A stretch of DNA of 64,000 nucleotides from Marsupella aquatica (lineage: Eukaryota > Plantae > Marchantiophyta): the NCBI GenBank assembly GCA_973895155.1, contig OZ316899.1:2441573-2505572 (forward strand), read 5' to 3'. The notes under the pieces are model-generated. The model worked only from the letters and a program-made list of their open reading frames with translations. It did not search any database and was not told where the DNA came from. Below, one piece after another: positions 24,555 to 37,989 of the stretch. A program made the translations under genes and the position numbers. Numbering within the stretch: position 1 is the stretch's first letter; every line of letters starts with the position of its first letter.

Positions 24555-26757
24555 CATGGCAAAAAACACTCGCGCAAAGAGTGGCAAGCAGGCTCCCCCC
24601 ACCAAGGGGAGAGCCCAAGTTCACGATGAACAGAAGGAGGATGGGTTGACTTCCCTAGACGAACGTTACAAGCAAGATGAAGAAGATGCAACGGCCAAAC
24701 CGTTGACCGCTGCAGAAAACAAGTCAAGTGCAGAGCGCCATCAACTTAAAGGGAAGGAGGCGGCTGATCCTTCAGAGGATGGGTCGGATGCCCACGACTC
24801 CAACGCAACCGCAAGCGACAACAACGCTGAAGCTGAGACAGAGGAAGAGGGTCAGGACCCGGAAGAGGAACTGATCCCAGCCTTGAGAGGGTTGAATGCG
24901 GAACCAGAGGATGATGCCAAGCCGGACATCATCGTGGATAATTTAACCAAGCAGAACCAGGATGACGCGGGTGATACCTCAGTCCCGGGAGGTCATGGTG
25001 CTCGCAAGACGCGGGGCTGTTACCAAAATCCACAAGAGAACCTAAGGACAGGCGGCCCGCAAAGAAAAGACGGTTGGAGGACCGTCCTCATACAACCCGC
25101 AAGGGCCCGACCGCTGACGACGGTCTGGGTCCGTTGACTCAAGACCAACGACTCATCTATGAGCAGTTGGAACACAACAAGGGGGCCCAGATTAAGTACT
25201 TAGTCTGGGTAGTCAGAGTGCGTCGCGTCCCGAGGGGGGAATGGTAGTTGGACGGAGTATGTTCCAAGTGAACCAGCTACCGACTCCTCCAACTTACGAC
25301 AGGGCCTACAAACAAAGTGGACAAAAGTTCCTGAGTTGGCTCTCCACGATGGAGATTCATCTCCAAGCGTGCGTTGAGCGTTCCACTTGGGCTACCGCAG
25401 CCGCTCCTTACCTGAAGGACTATGCCTTGACTTGATACAAGTCATGGAAGAAGTTGCGAGAGGACTCTTCCTTGCCGTTAACTTGGGAAAACCTGGTTGA
25501 GGGTATCCGTGCTCATGTCACCACTAAGTACCCAAAGCGGCACGCTCAGAAATGCGTAACGGAGATGAGTTTCAGGGGTGATATCCAAAAGTTCATCACT
25601 TATTACCAAAATCAGTTGCGTGTATCCCGGCGGGACAAGAGACCCTACATACATAGCTTCACAACTTTATCGTGAAGCTCCCGCCGTTGCTCAGGGAAAA
25701 GTTGCAGGAAAAGCGTCATGAGTTCAAAACGCTTTCTGACGCCTTCGACAAGGCCACTACGTTGGTGAATAACCAACCGGACTTGGCGAAGGTGGGTGGC
25801 AAGGGATCCGAGGGGGAAGCTGGGAAAGTGAAAGGTCCCGGGAATAAGCATAAGCAACCTGAGGGGGCGGGGGCCGGTGGTTCGGATCCCCAGCCCCAGA
25901 ATGGAGAAGCTAAGCGAAACCGGAAGGCCGGAAACTTTAAGAAAGGAGCCTCATCGGCACAGAAAGCAAAGAAGCAGGCAACCATGGAGCAGAGGCGGGC
26001 TGAAGGTTTGTGCTTCACATGTGGTGCCATGGGCCATCAAAGTAAGGATTGTTCCACGAAAGGTGGCAAACCAAACGGAGATGGTGGAGGGCAGAAGAGC
26101 ATTAAGGTAAGTATCGCTCTAACCGAACCCGTAGTAGCTAACGAGGTCCCTGTAGGGGATGTCCATGACGGAGAGAGGGTGTTGTTGCGAGAGAAGATAC
26201 CTAAAGTTAAGACAATGGATCCTGAAAAACTGATTTTTGTGAATGTCACTTCTAACGGTAATTTGGGTGTTGCTTTGGTGCATACAGGCACGACCGCCTG
26301 CTTCATAAGTGGGCAGGCGGCAGCTCGTCTTGGGGTGGACGTGCAAGAGTTGCTACAACCGTTAGTGTGCAAGTTTGCCAACGACACGAAGGGGATAGTG
26401 TCGAGAGTAGTGCATAGACTTTGGGTAGAGGTCATAGGCGAACAACAAAATTTTGTTAGTCAGGAGATGTTCTACGTTCTATACGGTCTGGCCGTAGACT
26501 TCATTTTGTCGGTAGGTTATCTCAGAAAGCACAATGTTACCTTGAAACCGGGGGGTGAGGTGCTCCATTTTCCCAATAAGGGCGGTGAGCCCATCGTTGT
26601 ACACGAAATTACCAAAAATAAAGAAAGATTTCTTAAAGTAAGTAAAGTGTCGTGGATGTCTCCGTGTGTATCGGCAAAGCAATGGTGGAAAGACTTCAAG
26701 GGTGGACATGAATGTTTCTTCTTTCATCTCCACCCAACTAAGGAGGCTGCGTCGTAG
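24555..26757 (+). pseudogene. Chromovirus gag and protease
   Basis: Gag core WLSTMEIHLQAC; knuckle CFTCGAMGHQSKDC; protease ALVHTGTTACFIS (catalytic D replaced by H). Frameshifts and stops present. Confidence 0.85.
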
Positions 26758-26829
26758 CCAAAGGTCAAGTCAGCTAAGGTTGGGCCCGACTGCGGTTGAA
26801 TTCCTGAAATTTTAGAGGAATTCAACGAT

Positions 26830-29800
26830 GTGCTCTCACAAAAGCTACTTAAAGGTTTACCCCCGCGGAGAGAAGTGGATCACCAAGTTGAGTTGGAGCC
26901 AGGATTGGCTCCTCAGGCTAAAGCTCCTTATCGTCTGAACCTGAACGAGCGAATGATGTTGAAGAACGCCTTGGAGGAGTTGATCGACCAAGGGTTCATT
27001 CGCCCTAGTAAGAGTCCTTACGGGGCGCCCGCGCTATTTGTGTCCAAAAAGGATGGTACTTTGAGATTGTGCACAGATTACCGGGCCCTCAATAAGCAGA
27101 TGGTAAAGAACAAGTACCTATTACCTCATATGGATGACCTCTTCGATTGCCTCTCCGGGGCTAAGAAGTTTTCAAAGGTGGACTTGCAGTCTGGGTATTA
27201 CCAGATCCGCATGGCTAAGGGAGACGAGTATAAGACCGCGATGCGCACAAGGTTTGGATCCTATGAGTTTTTGGTTATGCCGTTCGGGTTGTGTAATGCA
27301 ACCACAACGTTCATGAAGATGATGAATACCATCTTTCATGACTTGTTGGACCAAGGAGTGGTCGTCTTTATTGACGATATCCTAATCTTCTCGAAAACAT
27401 TGGAGGAACATGAGCAGTTGCTCGGAGAAGTGTTCTCTCGCCTCTCGGGGGTTTCACTTCCACAAAAATGGCATATCAGGTGCGACGAAGGATAGGGTCA
27501 TTTTATTGGTTGTAAGGGAAGACTTAAGAATTTTTGTAGAAGAACAATAGGGTCTTTTAAATTCAATTTTGAGACTTATAAGAACATTAGGGCCTTTTTA
27601 ATTCAATTTTTGGAATATTCCAACTTTATAGGGGTTAAAAAATAATTTTTTTTTTCTTACATTTTAGGGGGTCCAAGGCCTAAAAATGTCGCAGGTGATG
27701 GGGAGGTCCCCATGTAGTGAGACCCCCGAGTCTCGCCTTCGTAAGGCTCGTCTATTTGCTTTACCTAGCAAGTGCAAGTTTGCAATGAACAAGATTCCGT
27801 TCCTTGGCCATACCTTTACCCCGGAAGGGATTACTCCTAGTCAGGACAAGCTTAAGGAGATCAAAGAATGGGAGCGCCCATCCAATGTAAGGCAAGTTAG
27901 AGCCTTCTTAGGATTTACGGGGTTCTATCGGAGATACATGAAAGACTATGCGAGGATTGCGAGGCCCCTAAATGCGCTAACGTTCAAAAATAAAGTGTTT
28001 GTGTGGACACAAGATTGCGAGTTAGCATTCCTAGAACTTAAGCGGTTAATGATAACGCCACCGATTCTAAAGTAACCTGAGATGGGGAAGCCGTTCAAGA
28101 TTTGGATAGACGCAAGTGATTATGCCATCGGCGCCTATCTTCACCAAGATGAGCGTCCTGTGGCCTTTGAGTCATGTAAGTTGGAAAATCACTGGATCAC
28201 GCCGGAAAGGGAAATGTATGTTGTGATCTATGCGTTGAAGAAGTGGGAGATTTACCTTAAGAATAGTCCCAAAGTGGTAATCCACACAGATAGCTTGCCG
28301 GCCGGGTACTTCAGTTCTAAGCCAAGGCTGAACCCCAAGGAAATGCGCTGGCAGATGTTCTTGGCGGATTTTGATTTTGAAGTCCGCCACATTCCAAGGA
28401 AGACAAATACGGCAGCGGACGTGTTATCGCGTAAGGACCAACATCGGGTCAATGGGATCACGATGCTCGAATCCGAGTGGCCAAAGGTTCCGGCCGCAGC
28501 GTATGGGGATGACAGGTTAGCTAAGGAATGGCAAAGCAATGGGGGTAGCCAAGGCAAGGTAAGGCACGTATTGTTGGGGTTGGATAAGACGCATAATGCC
28601 CAGTTATGGCGATACAAGCAGAGGCGTGTGTACATACCGGAGTCTCTAAGGTTAAAGGTTCTGCAAAAGTACCACGACTCGCCCTGGGGAGGGCATGGAG
28701 GTCAAGTCGCTACGTATTGCAGCATGTCGCAAGATGTGTATTGGCCGGACATGAAGCAATCGGTCCTTCAACACGTGCAAAGTTGTTACTCATGCCAAAA
28801 GAACCGAACGGTCTATAGGGCAAAAGGAGGACTACTACAACCCTTAGTTACCAGTAGCTGCGGCTCCATGGGAGTCTATCTCCATGGACTTCATTGTTGG
28901 GTTACCTAAGTCCCACGGTAGTAACTCCATCTTAACAATCGTGGATCGTTTTTCCAAGATGGCGTATTTCTTGCCTACTGCAAAGATGGTTTCGGCCCGA
29001 GAGGTTGCCAATCTAGTATTTGACAATGTCTTTCGACAATGGGGATTGCCGTTGCATATCCTGTCCGACCGCGATACCAAGTTCACGGGCCATTTCTGGA
29101 AGGCGTTGTTCCGGTTATCCGGAACAGACCTGACTAGGGGATCAGCATATCATCACGAGACAGATGGCCAAACGGAATGGGTTAATGGTATTGTGGAGGA
29201 CTACTTGCGTCACTTTGTGACGGCCAATCAAAAGGATTGGGCAAAGCATTTAACAATGGCCGAGTTTAGGTATAACTTGACCAAGCATTTGGTGACAGGG
29301 TTTGCGCAGTTTGTGTTGGCCACAAGGAGGACGCCAAGGGCGCCCTCCTGGTTTATAAATCTGGAAGCTTGGCGGACGGAAAGCAAGGTTCCTTCTGCAG
29401 ACAATTTTATTTGAGAGCGGCGCCTAGTTGTGGAAGCGGCTACCAAGGGTATGAGCCTTGCCCAAAGTTGGTACAAGGAGCAAAGGGATAAACATCGATG
29501 CCAGGTTAGCTTTGAAATTGGGGAGAGCGTCTGGTTGCAGTTGAGACCTGAGCAATACCACAGGAACATAGTAGTAGGAAGCTGACTCCTAGATATGCGG
29601 GGCCCTATCGCATTATACGATGGGCCCACAAGGATAATCCGGTTTTGGTGGTGTTGGAGACACCCAAGGAAATGGGCATGGGCAAAAGCTACCATGTTAG
29701 CCGGCTCAAGAAATTTGTCAAAGACGATGATCCCAATCGGGATCAGGTCTTGCGTCCGGACGCCATGTTGGTGGAGGACGCTGAGGAGTTTGAGGTGGAG

Positions 29801-29974
29801 GCAATTCTGGACCACCATTACAAACGCAAGTTGGGAAGGCAAATCTTAGAGTATTTGGTGAAGTGGGCTGGCTATGATCAGGCCGAGAGTACTTGGGAAC
29901 CGGAGGAAAATTTGGGTAATGCCTCAGAGATCCTTGGAAGCTATCGTAAGCGAAGCGGCCTACCGCCGTTGTGA
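26830..29974 (+). pseudogene. Chromovirus pol: RT, RNase H, integrase, chromodomain
   Basis: PYGAPALFVSKKDG..DYRALN..FIDDILIFS; DASDYAIGA; HDSPWGGH..C..C; MDFIVGLP..DRD; EFEVEAILDH..YLVKWAGY..STWEPEENL. Confidence 0.95.
27444..27730. mobile_element. 287-bp MITE in the RT domain
   Basis: 8-bp TSD TCTCGCCT at 27436-27443 and 27731-27738; imperfect TIRs CTCGGGG(G)T(T/C)TCACT; AT-rich core. Confidence 0.9.
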
Positions 29975-31897
29975 ACTAGTACAGGCGGCTGTAGCTACCT
30001 TTGCGAGTTGTATCCTAGTTTCACTCCTCTCCGCCTCTTAAGGATAAAGTCGGATTGCGTTGGTGCTAGAGGTTGTTGGGCGGCCGATTTGCTTTTTGCA
30101 AGTGGAAGTTGATGGTGCCCGCCCTACATCTGTGGGCGGGCTAGTTCAAACCAAAGGGGAGCGCCTCAAGGGGAGGACAATGGGTCCGACAAGTTTGGAG
30201 TGAGCTTACCCGTTTGGACTGGGATCCTACTTGGATAAGTGGGATAGGTTGGAATTTCCTAAGTTTGGAATGCGCATACCAACCTGGTTTGCATCAGCCT
30301 TATGGGCAAACCATTTGTTACCTCATAAAAATTTTAAGGCCCAAAGTGGTCTAGGCGTGTTGGAACGTTTACTGAGGTCACGCGGACGTGACCATTTTTA
30401 AGGGGGGGTGCAAGTCGCGAAACTCAACTACCTTAACACTTAGCTTCGGCATCGCTGACTCTGACGCCGAGCTCCCTTATGGTCCAGGCCCGGATAGGCC
30501 ATCCGGGGAGGACTTAGCACGGGGAGACTTGTGGGCAATGAGACGTGGCACTAGCGAGGCAAGAGGCCAAGCTGGGGACACACACTAAGGACTTGGACTA
30601 GCCTATGGCTGGTCGGGTCAAGGGCAAATGGGCCAAGCTCAAGGATGGCCGTCCGGACCGTCGGATGGGCTTTGAGTTCTGAGGGCTTGGGAGTGAGCTC
30701 CTCTTGGGCCCAAGGCCAATGGAGTTGATGCCATTGGCAACGGACGCTTGGGGCGCAAGTTGTGGCCCGATCCGGGTTGGGCAGGTCGGGGGCCCTGAGC
30801 GGCGATCAGACCTGAGGGCCTAGGCATGAGCACTGGGTCGGCCCGGTCACAACGGGCTAAGGCACTCCGCTTGCGGATGCCTATCAAGAAAGTTATGAGT
30901 GTTGCCAGTTGGTGGTGCGCCCATTATGCGCGATGGGATCCGGGTTGGGGGCCAAATGTTTAGGGACCAAAGTTGGTCCGGGGGTGGCAGGTCTCCAGAA
31001 GCATATATGAGGGGAGTGGTGTCTCCCTGGGGGCTAAGGCCGAGCCAAAGTCGTGAGCCGCGGCGGTCGCGACACTAAGGGAAAGCGCCAAACGGAAATG
31101 GCGATATCTTTCCAACGGGAAGTCCGTTGGAGGACTTCTTGGGTGCGTTGGAAAGCTCTTGAGGAGGGCTACGCCCTCCTGATCTCAGATGGGTCCGGGG
31201 GTCCCATGGGTTCTCGTGGTTTGCGGGTGTTAGCTCGCCCGCTTGCCAAATCCTGCCGAACAGTAGCCAAGCCGCGTTCAGCCTCCCAAGGGAGCTTGTG
31301 TTGGGGAGGCAAGGCCAAGTAGGTATGGAGGCTGAGTCCCAAGGGCGCTTAGTCCCTAGATCATCAATGGGGCAAACCGGGAGCGGTTGTTAGAGTCGGG
31401 GCCGTTCTGGTCCCGACGTGTTGAGACAAGCTTTAGGACAAGCTACGCTATTTGGGCCATGAGCATGTCCTGAGGTCAGGGCGGTCAGTTGGTGATGGAT
31501 AGGTACGAGGGGGAACCCGGGCCGCGCCCAAGCAAGGAGCTGTTCTGGACGAACAGTGGGCGTGGGTTCTGGTTCCGGGTTATGGCATCGGGAGGACCTA
31601 TCGCTGACCTATTTACCAATTTCTGTGGAGCTTGAGTTAGGATGCTAGACTTGGCGAGTTCTAGATCGTGAAGGGTTACTTACTGAGGTGTTTGCTTGCT
31701 TGTGCAGATAGGGAGGACCGTTGAGTAGCGGTCTTGTTAGAGAGCAAGTGCGGCTTTGTATGGGAGGGGCCGCTGGTGATGCAAGGGGCAATAGAGTGCT
31801 TGCTCGAGGTATTCCATGGAGGTGCTTGTGCACCAGGGGCACTTAGGCGTGGGTGCTGGGATTGGTGATGGCGCTGGGTGGCAAGGTCCACCACTTG

Positions 31898-34005
31898 TGG
31901 TATCAAAGTGATTGCCGACATAGACACCGGGCCGGGGTGGTGCTAAGTCGGAATCCAAAACTCTTAACGGATTTTTGCGGGGACTTAGTGCTTCAACGTG
32001 CCCGACGGGTCGACTACGGGAAAATTTGGTCGCTGGGAACATGGCTAAAAACACTTGATCAAAGAGTGGCAAACAGGCTCCCCCCGCCAAGGGGAGAGCC
32101 CAAGTTCAAGATGAACAGAAGGAGGATGGGTCAACTTCCCTAGACAAACATTTCAAGTAGGACCACAAAGATGGGAGTGGCCGCAGGTGGTGCTAGAGGC
32201 ACTTGGATGCTTGCTCGAGGTATTTCGTGGAGCCGTTCAGGCACCAAGGGCACTTAGGCACAAGTTCTGGGATTGGTGAGGGCGCTGGGTGGCAAGGTCC
32301 ACCACTATAGGCCATCCGAGGAGGACTTAGCATGGGGAGACTTGTGAGCGACGAGACGTGGCGCTAACAAAGGCAGAGAGCCAAGCTGGTGACACACACT
32401 AAGGACTTGGGCTAGCTAAAGCTGGTCGGGTCAAGGGGAAATGGGTCGGGCTCAAGGACGACCGTCCGGACCTCCGGATGGACTTTGAGTTTTGAGGGCT
32501 TGGGTGTGAGCTCCTCTTGGGCCCAAGGCCCATGGAGTTGACGCCATGGGCAACGGACGCTTGGGGTGCAAGTTATGGCCCCATCCGGATTGGGCCGATC
32601 GGGGGCCCCGAGCGGCAATGATACCTGAGGACCTCGGCATGAGCACTGGGTCGGTCCAATCACAACGGGCTAAAGCACTTTGCTTGCGGATGACTAACGA
32701 GAGAGTTATGGGCGTTGCCAGTTGGTGGCGCGCCCGTTATGCGCGAGAGGTTCCGGGTTGGAGGCCAAATGTTTAGGGACCAAAGCTGGTCCAGGGGTGA
32801 CAGGTCTCCAAAATCATATATGAGGGGAGTGGTGTTTCCCTGGGGGCTAAGGGCGAGCCGAAGTCGTGAGCCGCGGACATCGCGACACTAAGGGAAACCG
32901 CCAAACGGAAACAATGATATCTTCCCAACGGGAAGTCCATTGGAAGACTTCTTCGGTGCGTTAGAAAGCTCTCAAGGAGGGCTACGCCATCTTGAGCTCA
33001 TCTGGGTCTTGGGGCAACATGGGTTCTTGGGGTTGGCAGGTGTTAACTCGCCCGCTTGCCAAATGCTGCCGAACAATAGCCAAACCGCGTTCAGTCTCCC
33101 AGGGAGCTTGCGTTGGGGAGGCAAGGCCAAGTAGGTATGGAGGTTGAGTTCCAAGAGTTCTTGGTCCCTAGGCCATTAGTGAGGCAAATTGGGAGTTGGT
33201 TGCTGGAGTCGGGGCCATTCTGGTCCCGGCGTGTTGGGACAAGCTGTAGGACAAGCTACGCTATTTGGGCCATGAGCATGTCCTAAGGTCAGGGCAGTCA
33301 GTTGGTGATGGATAGGTACAAGGGGGAACCCGGGCCGCGCCTAAGGAAGGAGTTGTTCTGGACAAACAGTGGGCTTGGGTTCTGGTTCCGGCTTATGGCA
33401 TCAGGAGGACCTATCGCTGACCTATTTACCAATGTCTGTTGAGCTTGAGTTATGATGCTAGACCTGGCGAGTTCTAGATCCTGAGGGGTTACTTACCAAG
33501 GTGCTTGGTTGCTTGTGCAAATAGTGAGGACCGTTGAGTAGCGGTCGTGCAGGAGACCAAGTGCGGCTTTGTATGGGAGGGGCCGCTGGTGGTGCAAGGG
33601 GCACTAGAGTGCTTGCTCGAGGTATTCCATGGAGGCGCTTGTGCACCAGGGGCACTTAGGCGTGGGTGCTGGGATTGGTGAGGGCGCTGGGTGGCAAGGT
33701 CCACCACTTGTGGTATCAAAGTGATTTCCGGCATAGACACCGGGCCGGGGTGGTGCTAAGTCGGAATCCAAAACTCTTAACGGATTTTTGCGGGGACTTA
33801 GTGCTTCAACGTGCCCGACAGGTCGACTATTGGCAAATTCGGTTGCTGGGAACATGGCTAAAAACACTTGATCAAAGAGTGGCAAACAGGCTCCCCCCGC
33901 CAAGGGGAGAGCCCAAGTTCAAGATGAACAGAAGGAGGATGGGTCAACTTCCCTAGACAAACATTACAAGCAGGACAACGAAGATGCGGCGGCCGAACCA
34001 TCGAC
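31898..34005 (+). mobile_element. Tandem chromovirus remnants: PBS-gag5', LTR 3' end, LTR (32307-33708), PBS-gag5'
   Basis: TGGTATCAAAGT plus gag leader follows the LTRs at 31898 and 33711; LTR end ...CCACCACT (32306) is joined to an internal LTR position. Confidence 0.85.
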
Positions 34006-36788
34006 CGCTATGTCCTTATGCCAGATTATGGCTTGCCCCTTCAAGCTGTCAATCTAGGCCCAAAGCCGTGAGATTTCAGCGTCTTTTTCAGCTCCGGCCT
34101 GCTCGGCCAAGGCTTACTTGGCTTTGGTGTTGGCGACCTGGGTGAGGGTGGTTGTAAGCTGAGGACAGAGATGCTATAACTTGGTATCTTGACCAGAGGC
34201 TTCATTTAAGAGTTTGGTTACCTCAGCCTGATATCGCTCAATCGCTAAACCCTAAGCCCATCCTGCCTTCACTGCCACCGCCAACACCTTGCTGAAGAAA
34301 TAGGCCACCTTGCGGGCCATGAACTCCCCCGTCTCTCAGCTAATTTGTTGGGAGAAGTCTCCCAGCAGCCCGTTCAAATATGTGCCCGGTGCAAAGAGTT
34401 CCGGGTTCACCAAGCTGTGCCCACTCGGGTTTGGGAAAGGGCAAACCTCTACTCAGGAAGAGGCCGAGGTTGTTACGTCCAGCTTGGAGGCAAGACGGTT
34501 AGAGGGGGCAAGGCGCACAGCAAGAGGGTCGGCTGGCGTTGGTGCAGATGGTACCGCGGTTCCCTCTGGACTAATGGCCTTGGGCTCGGGGTCAGCTTCC
34601 TCCTGCTCAACGGTCACTACATGGGCCTGGTTTTGGGCATCAAGGGTTGCAATTACTGCCAAATCTGGCACCAGAGAAGGTGCCTCAATGGCTGGAGATG
34701 GGGTCGGGGTGGGTACTACTGGTGCTGGAGCTCAAGCTTTGGGCTGCGGCCGTTGTTCAAGCGCTGGAAAGACCCACCGAGACGGGGTGAGCTTGGGCTT
34801 GTTGAGCCGTAGGAGGGTTTGTTGATCAAAATGGGCGTACCACTCAATAATAATCCTGATGTGGCTTGCAAGGTACGCCTTCCCCCCAAGGTACAGGGTC
34901 TTCCTTCGTCGGTCCATCTCCTTGTGGAACTTCTTGACGAAGAAGGAAGCCCACTTTCTAGGCCAAAAGCTCTCAACTTAGATCACCTGGGCGGCGGATA
35001 TCTCTCCTTGCGGCTCCATCATGTGGAAGGCATACCGCTAGAACTCCAGCCACTCCGCAATCTCCGCGATGAGGCATGTCCTCATCAGGAAGCTATTGTC
35101 CACCAAACCCTTGGGCGGGAAGCTCAAGGATTGGTACTTTGCTCCCTTGCCCCCTAAGGCTCGTGACTCCACCCGGTTTTGACCCTCGGGTAGGCCGAAA
35201 ATGAGCTTAAGCTGCTCCTCATTTAAAGATATTACCCGTCCGTGCACATGGGTCTGTTGGCAGGCCTTGTCAAAGTTTTGGATGAACTCCGTCATGTCTT
35301 GCCCGTAGTACCTGCAAGTGTTCCAAGGGAGGGCGGCGAGGTGTTCAAACCCTTGGGTCTTCAGGTACGCTGCATGCTTTGGATGGAGGATGTTCTTGTG
35401 AACATTCTCCCCCATGCGATGCATGGTCAACTTGGCCACGGCGATGGTGGCCACGGGTAGACCGGATACTGCAGCCGGCTCCTTCCTTGTCATTCCTCGA
35501 GAGTTGTTCCCGGGATGGCTCATAGAAGGGGACATCTCCCCATCTTCCCTATCTGGTAGAGGTAGCGCGACCGCAGTCAAAACTGGTGTTTGGGCCGCAA
35601 CGGTCACCATGTTGTCTATCGGGGCTGTCTGTTGGGTCCGGGCTTGTGCAGGCGGCGATGTGTTACGCAGCCCGTGTCGGTGTGCCCCTGGTGGTCTTCA
35701 GACAAGAGGAGGATGAGCATCCTTGTCCTCTGAGTTGATGTTCACTGCATTCACCACGGATTGTACCCAAATGGGTGGTGCAACCGGTGGTGGAGAGCGG
35801 CTTGAATGAGGCCAAGGTGGCGGCTGCGATAGTGCCGATGAGTCAGCTGTGGGTGTAGCTAGAGGCAGCACCATAGGATTCAGAAGGTCAGAACGGAAGG
35901 CAAGTGATGTGAGGATTGACGACTCGCCCATATTTGGACTACCAAATTGGTAGTCAAGGAAAGACTGAATTTTGGCGGTATAAGGTTGAAGTGATGTCTC
36001 TACAAGTCCATCATGCCCAGGATCGTGAAGACCTCGTTTGGAAGTCGAAGGAGTGCTTCTCCAAAGCCGAGGTACTTTGAACCGTTGAAGAAGAATTTGG
36101 CAATATTGTCATCTTGACAGAATTTTCTCTGAAATGGAAGGTTGAGGTTGTTGTTGTAGTGAGAGCGCTCGGCCAAATGGATGAGTCATTTGTACTCTCT
36201 TTTGGCTTTGTACCTGCGCGGGTTGAATTTGGCAAGCATTTTTGCTAGATGATTACCAATGGACAGAAATTGAAGCCAAAAGCAAATGGCCAAACTGGAC
36301 ATAATCGTGACAGACATATGGTGAGGTGTGGTGGATAGCTAAGGAAGGAACGGACAAACTGGGATCAAAGTTGGCGCAAGGAGTGAAGTGCCAATACTAA
36401 GCAAGGGAATGGCTTGCCTTTTATACCCTGGTGGGACCTTGGTCGATCGGCCCCTACCCCTTTCTGATAGGCCAAGTTCTTCACGCTTACAGTGTACCGG
36501 CCACTCTGCAAGTTTGAATCAGGACGTGTCAGAGAGCCGCTTCTTGATCCGTTATACGGACCCAAGATAGACGGCCACAACAAACTCATAACTCGGTGGT
36601 ATGGGTGGCGCTCCGCCGCCAGCCCGAGCAAAAATGCTCTTTATTGAGTAATTTTGTCCTATTCATGATTACTAACTATTTTAGTGTCACTATGCTAATA
36701 ACTACGGACTACTAAGTCCGTAGCGTGAGTGCTCAACACGGATTAGGCCAGATTACTCATTACCAGCCATGTTGGCGGCGTCACAACA
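34005..36788 (-). mobile_element. Truncated long LTR-like element with internal ORF
   Basis: Minus-strand start TG(T)TGTGACG at 36785-36788; TATAAAAG near 36425; ORF from 35931. The left end is lost, so no TSD can be checked. Confidence 0.55.
34010..35931 (-). pseudogene. Transposase_32/PMD-like accessory ORF, homologous to 16702-19772
   Basis: GFEHLAALPW...TEFIQNF...VHGRVISLNEEQLKLIFGLPEG..NSFLMRTC..I..WLEF; Pro-rich linker; coiled-coil start; several in-frame stops. Confidence 0.55.
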
Positions 36789-37989
36789 TGACCGGAAACC
36801 GGCCATGGATCTTGTGTAGTATCACACTAGGAATATAAATTAACATTTAAGGTCCAAAACACGGTATTTGTTCCCATGGAAGAACATGTAAGGAATGATT
36901 TTCTATGGTGTAGCAATTTTGAATGAGTAAGGTAACGAAAACACAGGTTTGAGCCTTTTACTATGATTGCTCAGCAAGGCATAGTTTTGAATGTTTGCTT
37001 AACATTGTAAATAAAATTAACAAAATGGAATCAATTAACAAAACACAATGAAAATCTTGAGGTATGGTGAGGGAGTGAAGAAACAACCAAGGCTACTCCT
37101 CAACATAACTTCATTTGATGTGATTTAGGTGATATATCCGTAAGAAACATTTTTGGAAAGAACTACTATACTAGGATGATCACTAAAATACCGTCAACAT
37201 GTCTCAACTTTTCCTTCCAAGATACTTAGTGGAGATTAGCAATCAATCACTTTTTTATCCAATCGGTACTTTGTGTACAAATAAGAGACATCATCATCAT
37301 CACCATCAAATTTGAAGTCATAAGTCATTGGAAATTAATCTTTCTTAGCATCTCGTGCCCAAGCAAGGTAACGCCAACAACTATGCATCAGGAACTTTTA
37401 GAATTATGTAGATCTCACCAATTAAGGAATCTACTTCTACACATTCCAAAGATTCAACATCTTACAAAGTTTTACTTCTTTGCTCTGAATTCTGAAGTAT
37501 CCAACTACAAGGAAGGGAGAAGAAATTATTTGCATTAAGTCACTCTGATATAGATAGTCTCTCTCTACAAAGTGAAGCTCCTTGTGCTGTAATCTGCAAC
37601 AACAGGCTTACATAATTTCCTCACACAAAAAGTGACAGAAACCCTACTACATATAGGCTAGCAGGAACTCAAGGAAAATAGGATAATGAAATGACATGCC
37701 CTTTCATATCTTGAGGGTTGTCAAACACTTGTCAAGGAGTGGCTTTTCTCCCCAAAAGACTACCTAATACCTGCTCCATATCATACCAGGGTCACAAAGG
37801 ATTGACAAAACTTCTGAAATGTGTCTACAATGTCTAATCACTCTATACATAAGTAGTTTCAACTCTCCACTTCTAGAGAGGTAGTCCCCTTGACTACTTT
37901 TGTACTCACACCCTTCCCCTCTCCTCTACTCCAAGGATCAGCAAGGGGGATCTCCACTCCAAGTTGTCACCTTAGAGTAGATTCTCACA

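Larger units (their letters stand above)
22920..31895 (+). mobile_element. Chromodomain-containing Ty3/Gypsy (chromovirus), full length but decayed
   Basis: LTRs 22920-24412 and 30413-31895; PBS 24415-24426; PPT about 30400-30408; gag, CCHC knuckle, protease, RT, RNase H, integrase and chromodomain in order. Confidence 0.95.
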
